Source of the DNA: an uncultured Acidobacteriota bacterium
GTDB lineage: Bacteria > Acidobacteriota > JAQAZP01
NCBI GenBank assembly: GCA_963836075.1
Contig: CAWIIB010000009.1
Span: forward strand, 2,496,001-2,560,000
DNA length: 64,000 bases
Direction of reading: 5' to 3'
Shown here: piece by piece, positions 1-9,928 of the stretch
Numbering within the stretch: the stretch's first letter is position 1
Layout: every line of letters begins with the position of its first letter
Made by a program: the position numbers and the translations under genes
The notes under the pieces: model-generated
The model's database searches: none
What the model saw: only the letters and a program-made list of their open reading frames with translations
What the model was told of the DNA's origin: nothing

Positions 1-932
1 TCCATCAGTTCGCTGTTCACCCGCAGTTCCAACTCCTCCAGTTGGCGGAACGGCGTTTCCGCCGGATCCCGCCCCCCGGAGATGATTTCCGCCGCCAGGT
101 GTCCCACCGCCAGCCCTTCGGCTCTGAACGACCGGCCCAGGGTGATCACTGCTCCCCGCCGGGTGAGGCTGGTGATATTGGCAAAAACCGGAATGCTCCG
201 GCGGGCCGACACCGCGGCCAGCGCCTCGAACCCCTGGATCACGGTACTGTCTCCGGCGCAGAAGAAGACATCGGCGCCGCGGGAGGCCAGGCCCTCGGCC
301 GCGGGGAGGATCTCGGAGGTCCCGGCCACGGCCGACTCTTCCAGCCGCAGGCCGTGGCGCCCGGCTTCGGCCCGGATGATTTCCAGGTAGCGGTGGGAGT
401 TGCTTTCCCCGCTGTTCCAGACCACCCCCAGCACCTCGGCATCGGGCAGGACTTCATGGATCAGTTCCAGCACTTCGGTGGTGGGAAAGAGCCCGTAGTA
501 ACCGGTGATCCGGGGCTGGTGCTGATCCGGCCCGCGGCAGAGGCCGGCGGAAACCGGGTCGCTCACCAGCCCGAAGACCAGCCGGTCTTCCGGCCCCATG
601 CGGGCGAAAACGGCCTGGGTGGCCGGGGTGCCGAAGGTGATGATGGCATCGTGCCCGCCGCCCACGGCCTGTCCGGCAATGGCCTGGAGCAGGGAAAAAT
701 CGGCGCCGGCGGAGTAGCAGCGGACATGGAGGCCGTCCCCCTGCCGCAGGCCTCCCCGGGCCAGCCCCTCCAGGGCCGCCAGCCGCACCTCCTCCGATTC
801 AGCCGAGTCGACATACTGGACAAAGGCCACGCCGGCTGCGGGCGCAGGGGATTTCCCACTGCATCCGGGCAGGGCCAGCAGGCCGCTCAGCAGCAGCAGG
901 ACGGCGGGGAAGGCATGGGCACGGGGTGTCAT
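1..932 (-). CDS. ABC transporter substrate-binding lipoprotein (ABC_sub_bind type), 3' end runs off the window
   Basis: Hand translation from ATG at 932: MTPRAHAFPAVLLLLSGLLALPGC (lipobox)...VAFVQYVDSAESEEVRLAALEGL...DAIITFGTPATQAV. GGAGGA SD at ~941-947. Absent from the ORF track because it has no stop in the window. Confidence 0.8.
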   Translation of the reverse strand, partial: MTPRAHAFPAVLLLLSGLLALPGCSGKSPAPAAGVAFVQYVDSAESEEVRLAALEGLARGGLRQGDGLHVRCYSAGADFSLLQAIAGQAVGGGHDAIITFGTPATQAVFARMGPEDRLVFGLVSDPVSAGLCRGPDQHQPRITGYYGLFPTTEVLELIHEVLPDAEVLGVVWNSGESNSHRYLEIIRAEAGRHGLRLEESAVAGTSEILPAAEGLASRGADVFFCAGDSTVIQGFEALAAVSARRSIPVFANITSLTRRGAVITLGRSFRAEGLAVGHLAAEIISGGRDPAETPFRQLEELELRVNSELM

Positions 933-1070
933 GGTGGTGCTCCTCCTGGCCATGAGTCTGATGCCCGGGGATGTGAAAATCAAGCTGCAGCGTTGAATAC
1001 GCGTCCGGTGCGGGATATTATGGTCAATCACATTTTCAAATCAACGGCAACATTTTGCAGGGCGGAAACG

Positions 1071-2591
1071 ATGTTCGAACGACTGATCCAGGGGCTGAAG
1101 ATACTGGCCGTCCTCTGCGCCCTGGCCTTTGTCCCGCTCTACATCTACATCGCCTGTTTTCGCGTGGGTTACCCCTTCGACCTGGAGTGGCTGGAAGGGG
1201 CGGCGGCTTCCAACACGCTCCGGGCGCTGACCGGCCTGCCGATCTACGTCAAACCGACCCTGGACTACGTGCCCGAAGTCTATACCCCGCTCTACTTCTA
1301 TCTCTCGGCGCTGCCCTCCCTCTTCATGGGCAGCGGTTTTACCCCGCTGCGGCTGGTCTCGATCATTTCCTCGGTCTGGTCCATGATTCTGATCTTTGCC
1401 ATCGGCCGGCGCGAGACCGGCCAGGTGTCCCTTGGTCTGCTGGCCGCCGGTTTCTTTGCCGCCACCTTTGGTGTCTCGGGGGGCTGGTTCGACCTGGCCC
1501 GGGTGGATTCCACCTTTCTCTTTTTCCTGCTCCTCGGTTTCTGCCTGGTGCGCTACGGTCGCTCCCCGGCCAGCTCCGTGGCGGCGGGAGTGGCGGCCGC
1601 GCTGGCCTTCTTTACCAAACAGACCGCCCTCGGCCTCTTCATCCCCCTGCTGGTCTGGGCGGCCTTTGCCTGGCGGAGACGCGCCGCCTGGTTCGCCGGG
1701 CTCGGCCTGACCCTCATCGGCGGCGGGTTCCTGCTCCTCGATGCCCTCCACGAGGGATGGTTCCGCTACTACACGGTGACCCTGCCGGCGATGGACGAGA
1801 TTCGCCAGGAGATGCTGCTCCGCTTCTGGTGGGATGACCTGTTGCTGGTGCTGCCGGTGGCGGTGGTTGCCCTGGTGATCTATTTTGCATTGACCCTTTC
1901 CGGCCAGGGCCACCGCCCGTCGCGGGATGCCTGGTTCTTTTTCTTCGCCGGCGGCGGGATGGTTGGCCTCTCCTGGCTGGCCCGGATCCACAAGGGGGGA
2001 TACCTCAACGTACTGATGCCGGCATACGCCTTTCTGGCCCTGATGCTGCCCCTGGGCCTCTACGCGGCGGAACATGCCCTGAAATATCGCCGGCCCGTGG
2101 TTCGCCACGGGGTGCTGGCCGTGATCTATCTGCTGGTGATCATCCAGCTGGCCTCGCTGGCCGTGGCTCCGGAGAACGGCATCCTCCCCGTGGCCCGCTG
2201 GATCCCCACCGGCGAGGACCGGGCCGCCGGCGAGGCCATGGTGAAGCTGATTTCGAGCTTCGAGGGCCCGGTGTTCACACCGTTCCACTGCTTTCTGCCG
2301 GTGGGCGCGGGCAAGCGCTACTGCGGAAGCCGGGGGGCGATGATGCCCATTCTCTACGGCCGTGACGACCAGCGGAAGATGAAGTTCATCGAGGAGGCAA
2401 TCCTCGGCTTCCGCCAGCATAAGTATGACGCGATCATCCTGGACAAGAAGCGGTTCCGCCATATCCAGGAGGCCATCGATCTCTACTACGTCGAGCAGCC
2501 GGGCCAGCTGATCGGCCGGGAAGAGCTCTTCCGCACGGTCAGCGGGATGCGGACCCAGCCCCGGTATCTCTACCTGCCGCGGCCCCAGTAA
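1071..2591 (+). CDS. Polytopic membrane glycosyltransferase, GT-C fold (ArnT/PMT_2/GT39-like)
   Basis: Real start at ATG 1071 (MFERLIQG); the upstream part of ORF 42..2591 is the antisense shadow of the previous gene. Many TM segments; motifs YTPLYFYL, ARVDS, FFTKQT. Confidence 0.75.
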   Translation: MFERLIQGLKILAVLCALAFVPLYIYIACFRVGYPFDLEWLEGAAASNTLRALTGLPIYVKPTLDYVPEVYTPLYFYLSALPSLFMGSGFTPLRLVSIISSVWSMILIFAIGRRETGQVSLGLLAAGFFAATFGVSGGWFDLARVDSTFLFFLLLGFCLVRYGRSPASSVAAGVAAALAFFTKQTALGLFIPLLVWAAFAWRRRAAWFAGLGLTLIGGGFLLLDALHEGWFRYYTVTLPAMDEIRQEMLLRFWWDDLLLVLPVAVVALVIYFALTLSGQGHRPSRDAWFFFFAGGGMVGLSWLARIHKGGYLNVLMPAYAFLALMLPLGLYAAEHALKYRRPVVRHGVLAVIYLLVIIQLASLAVAPENGILPVARWIPTGEDRAAGEAMVKLISSFEGPVFTPFHCFLPVGAGKRYCGSRGAMMPILYGRDDQRKMKFIEEAILGFRQHKYDAIILDKKRFRHIQEAIDLYYVEQPGQLIGREELFRTVSGMRTQPRYLYLPRPQ

Positions 2592-2687
2592 ACCCGTCGC
2601 CGGAACTTGGCATCGCCGGCGGTGCGGGGTAAGATGAAGATGCCGATTTCACGCCCGCTTCATCCGGATACTGGGAACCTGATCGCC

Positions 2688-3605
2688 ATGCGTATTTTCA
2701 TCCGAGCCGTCGCACTGCTGCTGATTCCGGGCCTGCTGGCCCTGCTGCCGGCGCAGGCCCAGATCATCGGCAAGACCAACTCCCGGAGCCCGGCGGACAA
2801 GGCTTCGCCCGCCGCCGCCACCGAGGATGCGGAGGAACCGGCCCCGGTGACCGGACCGCTGTGGCTGGCCTTTCTGCCGCTGCCGCTGGTGATTCCTGCC
2901 GGCGACCGGCAGCACCCGCCGGGCAGGCCGTTCAACCCGCCGGGGCAACCGGTGGCCGGCGGCGAGTTCTATCCCCGCGGGCTGATCGAGGAGGGGAGCG
3001 GAGAACCGGGCCCGGTGCTCGACGACTTCCTCGTCGCCCCGGCGCTGGTCACCGGGCGGCAGTACCAGCTCTACCTGATGTATATCGATGTCTTCGGTGA
3101 CCACAGCCACTGCCACCCCTTCGAACCGCTGGACAAGGATCACCGGCCCGAGGGCTGGTTCGACCCGCTGCTCTGCGAGAACCCCGACCTGCCGGTGACC
3201 GGTATCGACTGGTTCGACGCCTTCGGCTTTGCCTCCTGGTGCGGCGCCCGTCTGCCCACCGACCTGGAGTGGGAGCGGGGGGGGCTGGATGCGCCGCTGA
3301 CGGAGTGGCTGGGAAGCTGGTATTCGGCCGACTGGTATGCCGACCCGCAGGCGATCCGGGAGAGCCCCCGGGGGCCCGCCGAAGGCACGGTGACCGACGG
3401 GCAGTGGACCTTCTACCAGAGCATGGCGGTCCGCGAGGCGGACGGGACCCGGGCCTGGCGCAACATCTACACCAGGTCGCCCGGTCTCGGTTTCCGGCTG
3501 ACCTGGAGCCCGCCCGGGGTCGAGGAGACCGCCGCCGTGGACAACCCGGCCGGCGGCCCGCCGCAGGAACCGGAAAACAAGGGCCTGGAATCCGCCGGGA
3601 AGTGA
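2688..3605 (+). CDS. Secreted FGE-sulfatase (SUMF1/EgtB/PvdO) domain protein, degenerate
   Basis: Signal peptide (MRIFIRAVALLLIPGLLALLPAQA); motifs LPVTGIDWFDAFGFASWCGARLPTDLEWE, LTEW and terminal GFRL. Confidence 0.65.
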   Translation: MRIFIRAVALLLIPGLLALLPAQAQIIGKTNSRSPADKASPAAATEDAEEPAPVTGPLWLAFLPLPLVIPAGDRQHPPGRPFNPPGQPVAGGEFYPRGLIEEGSGEPGPVLDDFLVAPALVTGRQYQLYLMYIDVFGDHSHCHPFEPLDKDHRPEGWFDPLLCENPDLPVTGIDWFDAFGFASWCGARLPTDLEWERGGLDAPLTEWLGSWYSADWYADPQAIRESPRGPAEGTVTDGQWTFYQSMAVREADGTRAWRNIYTRSPGLGFRLTWSPPGVEETAAVDNPAGGPPQEPENKGLESAGK

Positions 3606-3681
3606 CGGCGGCACTGACGGAATCAACCGGGCGGAACCATGCCGCCCATCAATGCCACGGTAGTGAAACAGGGGGAAGATC

Positions 3682-6139
3682 ATGAAGCAGTGGGAACGCC
3701 TCTACGCGTTTGTGGTCCTGGCGGTTGCTGCCACGACCGTTCTATTGTCGCCGGCCCTGCCGGCCCATGCCGCCCAGCCGGAGCTCGGCCTGCAACAGGG
3801 GGGGCGGGAGACCGTCTGTGCCACACCGCTTCTTGAAGAGGCGAAGCAGCAGCTGGCGGCCCGGTTCCCCCAGCGGGGCGGGCAACGGGCCGTTCCGGGC
3901 CGTGGCGGCCCGTATCACTCGGTGGGCTCCACCATGACCTTCTGGGCCTGGGACCTGACGGTGATGCCGCCGGCCTGGATCCAGGAGCCGGCAACCTGCC
4001 GGGCCGTGGGCGACCACTGCTACGTCTTCGTGGCCGACGACCAGTGGAACGTCAACATGGACCAGGCCGACGTGGACCAGGTGGTCCAGGTCTGGGATGT
4101 GGCCACGCTGGGGGATCCCACCCGGGGTATCTACGAGATGGATACCAGCACCTTTGGTCCACCGCCGGACAGCCATGACAACGATGACTGGATCTACATC
4201 TTTTACGACAACCTGGGCCAGTTTTCAGGGTCGGTCTTTGACGGCTACTTCAGTGTCTTCAACCAGTACACCGAAGAGGAGGCCCAGGCCCAGGGCGGGC
4301 ACAGCAACGAAGTGGAGATGTTCTACATGAGTTGCGACCCGGTGGACCCCTCTGCCGCCTCGACGCTGTCGGTGCTGGCCCACGAATTCGAGCACATGAT
4401 CCACTTCAACATGGACGCGAACGAAACGACCTGGGTGGACGAGGGCTGTGCCGAGTTCGCCATGTATCTGTACGGTCTGCCTGATCCGATCATCAGCTTC
4501 CCCGGGAATCCGGACAACGACCTCACCTCCTGGGACCAGCAGTTCTCCGACTACATCCAGGTCTACCTCTACATGATGTATCTCCACGACCACTACGGCG
4601 GGGTTGCGGCGCTCAGCGCGCTGGTGGCCGAGCCGGCCAACTCGATCCTCGGGGTGGAGAACATGCTCGCCAGCCTCGGCTACACCGAGAGTTTCGAGGA
4701 TGTGATGACCGACTGGGTCATCGCCAACTACCTCGACGACGCCTCGGTGGGCGACGGCCGTTACGGCTACACCAGTATCGACCTGCCTGATTTCTCCAAT
4801 TCCGGCGACCACGTGGACTACCCGGTGGAGTTTTTGAGCCGTACGGTGAACCACTGGGCCGCAGACTACATCCGCTTTCGCAGCGGCAGTGACCTCTGGC
4901 TGCAGTTCGACGGGGTGGAGAGCACCGCCTTCGGCCTGCAGATGATCGCCCTCGACGCCAGCAGCCCCACCACCGTGCAGCAGCTGCCGGTGGATGGTGA
5001 CCAGGACTGGGCCGGCTTTTTCGACGAGTTCGGCTCGACCCACGACACCATGGTCCTGGTCCCCTGCGGGCTCTCCTCATCCGGCGGCACCGGCTACCAG
5101 TACACCGCCTACGCCTCGGGCGGTCTCCAGCCGGCGCTGGTGGTGGGACCGGGGCCCGGGGCGAACAATCCCACCGAGGTGCGCGGGTTCACCGTCAACG
5201 GCACTCCGCTGGCCGGTGTCGACTTCGATGCCTACCCGTCGCTGGACGGCTACGGCACACGGGTGGCCGCCGGCGACCTCTACGGCACCGGCCTCGACCT
5301 GCTGGTCACCGGACCCGGTCCGGGCATCGACCACCCGCCCCTGGTGCGGGCCTTCACCGGATACGGCACCCCGGTGGACGGGGTGGCCTTCTCCGCATAC
5401 GGCGTGGACAAATACGGGGTCAACGTGGCCTGCGGCGACCTGGACGGCGACGGCGATCGACGAGATTGTCACCGGCGCGGGGCCCGGCGCGGTGTTCGGC
5501 CCCCACGTGCGGGGCTGGTCCGCCGGCAGCGACGGGGTCGCACCGCTGCCCGGGGTGAGTTTCTTTGCCTACGGCACAAACAAGTACGGGGTCAACGCGG
5601 CGTGCGGCGACATCGACGGTGACGAAATGGACGAAATCGTCACCGGCGCCGGCCCCGGCGCGGTGTTCGGCCCGCACGTGCGGGGGTGGAACGTGGACGG
5701 CGGCACGGCGGCGCCGATCCCCGGGCTCAGCTATTTTGCCTACGGCACGCTGAAGTGGGGTGTGAACCTGGTCTGTGCCGACATCGACGGCGACGGGATG
5801 GACGAGATCATCACCGGCGCGGGGCCCGGCTCGGTGTTCGGCCCCCACGTCCGCGGCTGGAATTTTGACGGGGGGGCCCTGGCATCGATCCCCGGGGTGA
5901 GCTTCTTCGCCTACGGCACCAACCAGTTCGGGGTGCGGGTCGCCGGCGGCGACGTGGACGGTGATGGAATCGACGAGATCATCACCACTCCCGGGCCGGG
6001 GGTGGTTTTTGCCAGTCATGTGCGGGGCTGGAACTACGACGGGGGAACCCTGGCCTCCATCCCGTCGATCAGTTTCCTGGCCTTCGACCCGGCACTGCTC
6101 TACGGGGCTGATGCGGCGGTGGCCACCATTCACTATTGA
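3682..6139 (+). CDS. Secreted zinc metallopeptidase (HExxH gluzincin-like) with C-terminal FG-GAP-like repeats; +1 frameshift at ~5455
   Basis: Signal peptide; VLAHEFEHMIH...WVDEGCAE. ORFs 3682..5622 and 4994..6139 join into one protein if the extra G at 5455 (GAC GGC G ATC GAC GAG ATT) is removed, which restores the DGDGIDEI repeat consensus. Confidence 0.8.
5140..6120 (+). repeat. About six tandem FG-GAP-like coding repeats, 171-nt (57 aa) period in the last four
   Basis: Units start at 5468, 5639, 5810 and 5981 (I/V-T-G-A-G-P-G-x-V-F-G-P-H-V-R-G-W...FFAYGT..GVNVACGDxDGDGxDEI); two more divergent units lie upstream. Confidence 0.85.
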
Positions 6140-6247
6140 GCCGGCATGCTGGCAGAGACGGACGGAGATGGGGTTGCGGCACCTCTGTCCGCGGGCAGAG
6201 AAGTGCTCCGGGTCACCGGGGCGGGTGCAGCCGGGACCTGGGCCCGG

Positions 6248-6313
6248 TCAACAGCCGATGAGCAGGTAGAGCAGGTAGACCACGAGTGCGATGATGGCTT
6301 TGGCGATTTCCAT
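6248..6313 (-). CDS. Putative 21-aa hydrophobic small protein MEIAKAIIALVVYLLYLLIGC
   Basis: ATG at 6313, TGA at 6248-6250; AGGAG SD 11 nt upstream; mostly G/C-ending codons; a single TM-like stretch. Confidence 0.5.
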   Translation of the reverse strand: MEIAKAIIALVVYLLYLLIGC

Positions 6314-6383
6314 GTACAGAACTACTCCTGAGCTGGAGGAACGTCACACCTTTTCAAACGTGGTTCGGGGACAAAAGTTCGGT

Positions 6384-7607
6384 TTATTTCTTCCTCGGCC
6401 TGGCGCTGCCGCCGCCGGTGGCCAGGAAAGCGCATTTCAGCCGCCTGGTCTCCATCATTGCCGGCAGGCCCGGGTGGTCGGGCGACGAGCCCGAATAGCG
6501 CAGCAGCCGGGCTCTCCGTTTAGACGCCCGCACCGCCGTGCCCAGTTCCTCGAGAAAGACCCGGGTCTGCAGCAGGACCGAGCGGCTGGAACTGACCAGT
6601 ATTCCGCCCGGTTTGAGACATTTCAGAGCCAGCCGGTTCAGCCGCCGGTAGGTGGAGATGTCGCGGTCCATGGTCTGCCGGCTTTCGATCAGCGGCGGTG
6701 GGTCGAGAAAGATCAGGTCGAACGGCTCCTCGCCGTTTTCGGCGTATTTACGAAGGAAGACGAAGATGTCGTCGCGGACAAAGGAGCAGCGCCCGGTGAG
6801 TGAGTGCCGTGCCACGTTCTGTTCGGCCAGGTTGAGGGCGGAACTGGAACTGTCCAGTCCCACCACCTGTCTCGCCCCCTGCAGCGCGGCCATCACCGAG
6901 AAACTGCCGGTGTGACAGCAGGCGTCGAGGACCAGGCCGTCCCGGCTCATTGCCGCGGCCCGCCGCCGGTTGTCCCGCTGGTCGAGGTAGAAACCGGTAC
7001 GGCTGCCGGAGAGCAGATCGCACTGCAGGGACAGGCCGTCCACGGTGATCTCCACCTGCCGCGGCAGTTCGCCGTGGATCACCTTGACCTGCCGGGGGAG
7101 GTTCTCCGCTTCCCGGTCCTCGTTGTCGTTGCGCAGCACGATGGCTTCGGGCTCGAACTTCTCCTGAAACATCCGCACCAGCAGGTCCCGGCGCATCTCC
7201 ATCCCCAGGGTGGTGAACTGCAGCGAGAGGTAGGGTCCGTAGCGGTCGGCCACCAGCCCGGGCAGCCAGTCGCCCTCGGCATGGACCACCCGGTACGACT
7301 TTTCATCCGGCGCGAAGAGCCGCCGCCGGAAAGCCAGCGCCTCAGCCAGCCGGTTGCGCAGCAGCGGCACGTCCACCGGACCGGCGCCGAAACGGATCAG
7401 CCGCAGCGCCACGTCGGTGTTCATGTTGGCAAAACCCGCGCCGAGACAGTGGCCGCGATAGTCGTAGACTCCGGCCTCGCACCCAGCGTCATACGACCCG
7501 TCCACCCCGGCGATCTGGTGCTTGCGGACGCAGGAGTTCCCTTTGAGCAGCGAGCGTTCCTCGCCTTTTTTCAGCCGCAGGCGGCAGCGATGATATACGG
7601 TGCCCAT
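6384..7607 (-). CDS. rlmI: Class I SAM-dependent rRNA methyltransferase, RlmI/RlmK family with PUA-like N-terminus
   Basis: Motifs YRVVHAEGDWLPGLVADRYG, TGFYLDQRDNR, VLDACCHTGSFS, FDLIFLDPP; start chosen at MGTVYHRCRLRLKKGEER. Confidence 0.8.
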   Translation of the reverse strand: MGTVYHRCRLRLKKGEERSLLKGNSCVRKHQIAGVDGSYDAGCEAGVYDYRGHCLGAGFANMNTDVALRLIRFGAGPVDVPLLRNRLAEALAFRRRLFAPDEKSYRVVHAEGDWLPGLVADRYGPYLSLQFTTLGMEMRRDLLVRMFQEKFEPEAIVLRNDNEDREAENLPRQVKVIHGELPRQVEITVDGLSLQCDLLSGSRTGFYLDQRDNRRRAAAMSRDGLVLDACCHTGSFSVMAALQGARQVVGLDSSSSALNLAEQNVARHSLTGRCSFVRDDIFVFLRKYAENGEEPFDLIFLDPPPLIESRQTMDRDISTYRRLNRLALKCLKPGGILVSSSRSVLLQTRVFLEELGTAVRASKRRARLLRYSGSSPDHPGLPAMMETRRLKCAFLATGGGSARPRKK

Positions 7608-7868
7608 CAGGTCGGTACCCTTCGGCCAGCCCGGCGGCCGGTCTGGCGGTCCACACTCTGTCCGTGGCGATGGTTGATCCGATATGGGCAAACCTTACCA
7701 AGAAAAGCGTTTTCTGGCAACAGCGTGCCGGGCTGCGCGGCGCTCCGGGTTGACTGGTTTTCACATTGATTCGATAATACCCTGCGAAGTGTGGCGCCGG
7801 GCGGTTCTGCCGCTTCCCCACGTCCCCCCGAGAACCTCTCACAATCTCGAATCCCGCGGAGGAGCCCG

Positions 7869-9392
7869 ATGGCCGAACCGAGGAGCCGACGGAGACAACC
7901 AGCCCGGAATGTCGCCCTGCCGGTGATCGTGGTCATGCTCCTGCTGGTCTGCGTCCTCTTCGCCCTGCACCACGGGGCGGACCAGCGCCGCCGGATCAGC
8001 AGCGGGACGCCCAACGTGCTGCTGGTCTCCATCGATACGCTGCGGCCCGATCACCTGGGCTGCTACGGCTACCAGCGGGACACCTCGCCGGCCCTGGACC
8101 GGCTGGCGGACCAGGGCGTCCGTTTCAGCACCGTGGCTTCGGCCTCCTCCTGGACCCTGCCGGCCCACGCCTCGCTGGTCACCGGTCTCTATCCGGCGAG
8201 CCACGGTGCCTGGAGAATGGCCAACCCCATCGCCCCGGACGTGCCGACCCTGGCCCAGTTGCTGCGGCGGTCGGGGATGACCACCTGCGGAATGGTCAGC
8301 TTCCACCTGCTCTCCTCCGGCTACGGCTTTGGCCGGGGTTTTGACGAGTACCACGAACTGCACAAGGTGGACGGCGGCGGGCTGCGCCAGGTTCGGGCCG
8401 AGGAAGTGGCCAACCGGGCCATCCACTGGATCGGCGGCAACCGGGATAAACCTTTCTTCCTCTTCCTCCACTTCTTTGACCCGCACTGGGATTACGACCC
8501 CCCCCCGCCCTACGACCGGATCTACAACCCGGGGTACCGCGGTGAGATCACCGGCGCTTACGGGTCGCTGCTGGAGTACATCAAGTACCGGCCGGAGAAG
8601 CCGGGTGAGGGTGGCGGGGCCGCGGACCAACCGGTGGTGCCGGGGATGGAGCGGGAGGTGACCATCGCCCCGGAAGACCTGGAGCAGGTGCTGGCCCTCT
8701 ACGACGGGGAGATCCGCTACACCGACTACCACCTGGGGCGGGTGGTCGACGCCCTGCGTCTCTTCGGCCTGCTGGACAAGACCCTGGTGGTGATCACCGG
8801 CGACCACGGCGAGGAGTTCATGGAGCACGGCAGCCTCGAGGGGCACGCCTGGACGGTGTACGAAGAGGTGATCCGCGTGCCCCTGGTCATGCGCTTCCCT
8901 GACGGTCTGGGGGGCGGCCGGGTGGTGGATCACCAGGTGCGCAACATCGATATCATGCCCACCATCCTCGACTGGCTCCAGGTGAACGCCCGGCCGGTTC
9001 TGGAGGGACAGAGCCTGTTGCCGGCCATCCGCGAAACCTGCCGTGTGGACGGGGGGTGCGCAATGGAAGACGGTGTGGCCTTCGGCGAGACCCGGCGTTT
9101 CAAGCTGACCCGGTCCACGGCCCGTTCAAGCTCCGGCCGCAAGGTGATCTTCACCAACGGGGGGGCACAGGTGGAATACTTTGACCTCAACCGGGATCCG
9201 GGAGAGCAGGTCAACCTCCATGACGCCGCCGGCGCGCCGCCCGACGAGGAGTTTTCCCGGCTGGAACTGGCCCTGGGCCACTGGTTGGCCGGCCGGGATC
9301 CCACTGCGGACAGCACTTCGGGAGAAGTGGAGATCGACCAGCGGACCCGGGCCCAGCTCTCCGCCATGGGGTATGCCGTGGAGGATGAATAG
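7869..9392 (+). CDS. Membrane-anchored sulfatase-like hydrolase/transferase (alkaline phosphatase superfamily)
   Basis: PNVLLVSIDTLRPDHLGCYGY, WTLPAHASLVTG, FLHFFDPH, YDGEIRYTD, GDHGEEF, C-terminal QLSAMGY; N-terminal TM helix. Confidence 0.9.
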   Translation: MAEPRSRRRQPARNVALPVIVVMLLLVCVLFALHHGADQRRRISSGTPNVLLVSIDTLRPDHLGCYGYQRDTSPALDRLADQGVRFSTVASASSWTLPAHASLVTGLYPASHGAWRMANPIAPDVPTLAQLLRRSGMTTCGMVSFHLLSSGYGFGRGFDEYHELHKVDGGGLRQVRAEEVANRAIHWIGGNRDKPFFLFLHFFDPHWDYDPPPPYDRIYNPGYRGEITGAYGSLLEYIKYRPEKPGEGGGAADQPVVPGMEREVTIAPEDLEQVLALYDGEIRYTDYHLGRVVDALRLFGLLDKTLVVITGDHGEEFMEHGSLEGHAWTVYEEVIRVPLVMRFPDGLGGGRVVDHQVRNIDIMPTILDWLQVNARPVLEGQSLLPAIRETCRVDGGCAMEDGVAFGETRRFKLTRSTARSSSGRKVIFTNGGAQVEYFDLNRDPGEQVNLHDAAGAPPDEEFSRLELALGHWLAGRDPTADSTSGEVEIDQRTRAQLSAMGYAVEDE

Positions 9393-9417
9393 CGCTGGCC
9401 GGGCACCGGTTCCGGGC

Positions 9418-9816
9418 TCAGGCCAGTGCCTTGAGCGCCTTCTTGTTGTCCTCGGTGTTGAGCACGATCATCCCCCGGGTCTTGGAGGTGGAGGTGGCGT
9501 AGGCGTAGTCGATGCTCACCCCGGCGAAATCGAGCTTCCCGGCCACCTTCTCGAAGATGCCGGGCTTGTTGGGGCAGTCCACCAGGATCACGTCCCGGCT
9601 GTCCACATCGAACCCCGCCTTCTTCAACACCTGTTTCGCCCTGGTGTTGTCGTCGGTGATGAAGGTGAGTACGACCTTGCGGCCCAGGGTGTAGCCGTGG
9701 AAGGCCACCACATTGACCTGCTTCTGGAACAGCGCCTGGAATACCTTGTGACCCACGCCTGTTTTATTTCCCGTGATGACGATCAGTTCCCTTGTCCTGC
9801 TAGCCGTGAAGACCAT
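9418..9816 (-). CDS. Tandem ACT-domain protein
   Basis: Two ACT-like units (NKTGVGHKVFQAL...; PNKPGIFEKVAGKLDFAGVSIDYAY); GGAGGGG SD before ATG 9816. Confidence 0.8.
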   Translation of the reverse strand: MVFTASRTRELIVITGNKTGVGHKVFQALFQKQVNVVAFHGYTLGRKVVLTFITDDNTRAKQVLKKAGFDVDSRDVILVDCPNKPGIFEKVAGKLDFAGVSIDYAYATSTSKTRGMIVLNTEDNKKALKALA

Positions 9817-9928
9817 GGCCCCCTCCTGTCTGACATTCCGTATATTTGAAGTTCCGATAATCTGCTGACACATCGATAAAACATGGTACATGCAGCACCC
9901 TGTCACGGCAAGGAAAATGGAGGGGTGG

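Noticed and set aside
42-1070. N-terminal 343 aa of the 849-aa ORF
   Set aside because: Antisense shadow of the minus-strand ABC substrate-binding gene; the glycosyltransferase starts at ATG 1071.
5140-6120. Regularly spaced DNA repeats as a possible CRISPR array
   Set aside because: The repeats are in-frame coding units with a 171-nt period and synonymous variation; there are no unique spacers or cas genes.
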